Shown: positions 62,408-64,000 of the stretch, one piece after another
Layout of the letters: each line of letters starts with the position of its first letter
Position numbering within the stretch: the stretch's first letter is position 1
DNA from: a virus
Lineage: Duplodnaviria > Heunggongvirae > Uroviricota > Caudoviricetes
Reading direction: 5' to 3' (one strand)
DNA: 64,000 nucleotides
Virus record (IMG/VR): IMGVR_UViG_3300025597_000613
Coordinates: 23,495 to 87,494 of that record
The notes under the pieces: model-generated
Database searches by the model: none
Told to the model about the DNA's origin: nothing
Seen by the model: only the letters and a program-made list of their open reading frames with translations
Translations under genes and position numbers: made by a program

Positions 62408-64000
62408 TCACAGTGCGCTGAAGTCAAATAGTGTTTCCAGATGTGCATGTTCTTTATTGGTACGGCTTAAATCCCATTTCAGCACACCTAACAGGTTTTC
62501 TACCTTCTTATCAACAATACCTGCCATCATCTCATCGCTTGCAAATGGCAAGGATAAGAACCAGGATGGTAGATGAACTTCATCAACCGGATATGCAATG
62601 CTAGACATAAAGTTTTCGCTTGTTTCCTTTAGTTTGCAGACAATAATTTTCTGTCCGTCAACAATACGCATTGAGTGCTGATCCTTGTTAATTTCCTTCA
62701 ATCTATTCCACATCAGGCTTGCACGAACGTGACCGGGCATATTTACACCACCTGTCGCTTCGCCCCTTGCCTTCTTGGCAGCATGCAGTTCTTCCTTCTC
62801 TCTATAGAAAGAAAGCTTATTCACAGCACGAGGAGTTCCTTGTTGCCAAGGCTTCAAGTCTTCAAATTTCTCCTTGAACTTACGGATCTTATCAATAACA
62901 AAGTTTTCTCCCTTGTCACACAATGTATCCATAAGAATCTCTGATAAGAATTCCTGTACAAACTTAGGAGTATCAGATCTCTTCAAATCAAGACCCATAG
63001 CCTTAATCTTACCAGGCTTTCCACCAACGTCAAGGCGGATGTTGTCTTTATCATACATCAAACAAGCATAACGCTTCTTCACGATCCAGATTCCAGATTC
63101 AGAAACTGTTTCACGCGAACTTGCGATAACGCCGGTTGAACGCTTTACAGGCACATTAAGTTTCTTTTCCAAGAATTCCGGGAAAGTAGCCGACACTGCC
63201 TTCGCTAGGTCGTTATACAATTCAATTGTGCTTTCCTTAGTCCACACAATTTCACCACGGGCAATCTCTTCCTTAAGAATAGGATATGCTGAGAAATAAC
63301 AAGAGTCAGTATCTCCGTACACAATTGATTTACCGTAATGGTCATATTCTCCAGCAATCATCAGATTTGTCTGACTTGCCATGTGTTTGGTAATTGTTCT
63401 ACCTGAAAGAGTAGTTGATTGTCCTAGCCTTTGATCAAAGAAACGACTACCGACGTTCAAAAGAGCACCGTAGGCTGAGTTTAGATTAATTTTCTTTACC
63501 AGCTGTCTCTTATCCCAATAACCAATAATTCTTTTTAGGTCTTTTTGGTCACGGTGAATTGCCTTGCCGTCTTTTACCATCAACCTGTGTTGATTCATGT
63601 ATTGAACGACGCGCTTCTTATGACCTTCGGCAATAATTTCCTTTAACTTCTTGGGTTTGTAAGCTTCAGTTTCGGAATATGGATTTGCCTTTGTTTCGGC
63701 ATCGCTGATATCATCATTGGTAAACAATTCCTCAGGAACCTTTACACCATCAATTTTTGGATTATCTTCGATATCCTGATAATTTGTCATGATACCTTGA
63801 AGAGTCTTACGCTCGCTATACCAGCGAGTCAATAGTGCAGGAATTACGCCGTCAATATCAGTCCTGAAAATTGTGCCATTGGCGCTGATACACCATGGCT
63901 GTCCACTTTCAAAAATCAGATCGTGCAGTTCCTTGCCTGTGATTTCAAACGACTGCCCGTCTTCCATATCAAGAATTAGCTTTGTACCAATATCTTGATT
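62408..64000 (-). CDS. B-family DNA polymerase, C-terminal (polymerase) part; N-terminus lies beyond window edge
   Basis: motif B KKINLNSAYGALL (KxxxNSxYG), motif C IVYGDTDSCYF; reading frame stays open upstream of first Met to position 64000. Confidence 0.85.
   Translation of the reverse strand, partial: NQDIGTKLILDMEDGQSFEITGKELHDLIFESGQPWCISANGTIFRTDIDGVIPALLTRWYSERKTLQGIMTNYQDIEDNPKIDGVKVPEELFTNDDISDAETKANPYSETEAYKPKKLKEIIAEGHKKRVVQYMNQHRLMVKDGKAIHRDQKDLKRIIGYWDKRQLVKKINLNSAYGALLNVGSRFFDQRLGQSTTLSGRTITKHMASQTNLMIAGEYDHYGKSIVYGDTDSCYFSAYPILKEEIARGEIVWTKESTIELYNDLAKAVSATFPEFLEKKLNVPVKRSTGVIASSRETVSESGIWIVKKRYACLMYDKDNIRLDVGGKPGKIKAMGLDLKRSDTPKFVQEFLSEILMDTLCDKGENFVIDKIRKFKEKFEDLKPWQQGTPRAVNKLSFYREKEELHAAKKARGEATGGVNMPGHVRASLMWNRLKEINKDQHSMRIVDGQKIIVCKLKETSENFMSSIAYPVDEVHLPSWFLSLPFASDEMMAGIVDKKVENLLGVLKWDLSRTNKEHAHLETLFDFSAL

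Noticed and set aside
1-64000. CRISPR arrays, integrase/transposase, IS elements, structural (capsid/tail) genes
   Set aside because: No direct-repeat/spacer periodicity, no recombinase or transposase motifs, and no recognisable capsid/portal/terminase signatures seen. The window appears to be the non-structural early/replication arm.

Overview
This window reads as a ~64 kb stretch of a large tailed dsDNA phage genome, covering its early/accessory and replication region. It is AT-rich by eye (impression, not computed). Shine-Dalgarno-like sites (AGGAG, GAGGT) precede several starts. About 150 tightly packed ORFs lie almost entirely on the minus strand, many with 1-4 nt start/stop overlaps.

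The few convincing plus-strand genes are two freestanding HNH homing endonucleases (38609..39268, 54012..54959) and a small HExxH protein (41488..41859). Two tRNAs are present: tRNA-Met(CAT) and tRNA-Arg(TCT).

Recognisable modules:
- Replication: partial B-family DNA polymerase at the window edge, a candidate sliding clamp, and a FEN/RNase H-type 5'-3' exonuclease.
- 7-deazaguanine DNA modification: QueE, a QueD-like PTPS, and a TGT-family DpdA-like transglycosylase, interleaved with a GalE-like epimerase, a putative glycosyltransferase, peptide deformylase and a MazG-like NTPase.
- A tightly coupled RNA repair/modification cassette: RtcB RNA ligase, an RlmN/Cfr-family radical SAM methyltransferase, and two paralogous proteins with C-terminal ribbon-helix-helix (RHH) domains.
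- Candidate anti-defence enzymes: an Acb1/LigT-like 2H phosphoesterase, a DHH/DHHA1 phosphoesterase, and a macro-domain protein next to an AAA ATPase.
- A MoxR/CobS-like AAA+ ATPase paired with a VWA/HExxH protein, and an SPFH (flotillin-like) protein with a small membrane partner.
- Secreted cell-wall enzymes: a SleB-like lipoprotein and a serine DD-carboxypeptidase-like protein.
- A calcineurin-like metallophosphoesterase and a third HNH endonuclease on the minus strand.

Two dispersed families of small paralogous proteins, two tandem duplications, and a family of GC-rich hairpin terminators are also visible. No CRISPR array, transposase or integrase was seen.

All functional calls rest on motif recognition by eye. 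No database search was possible.
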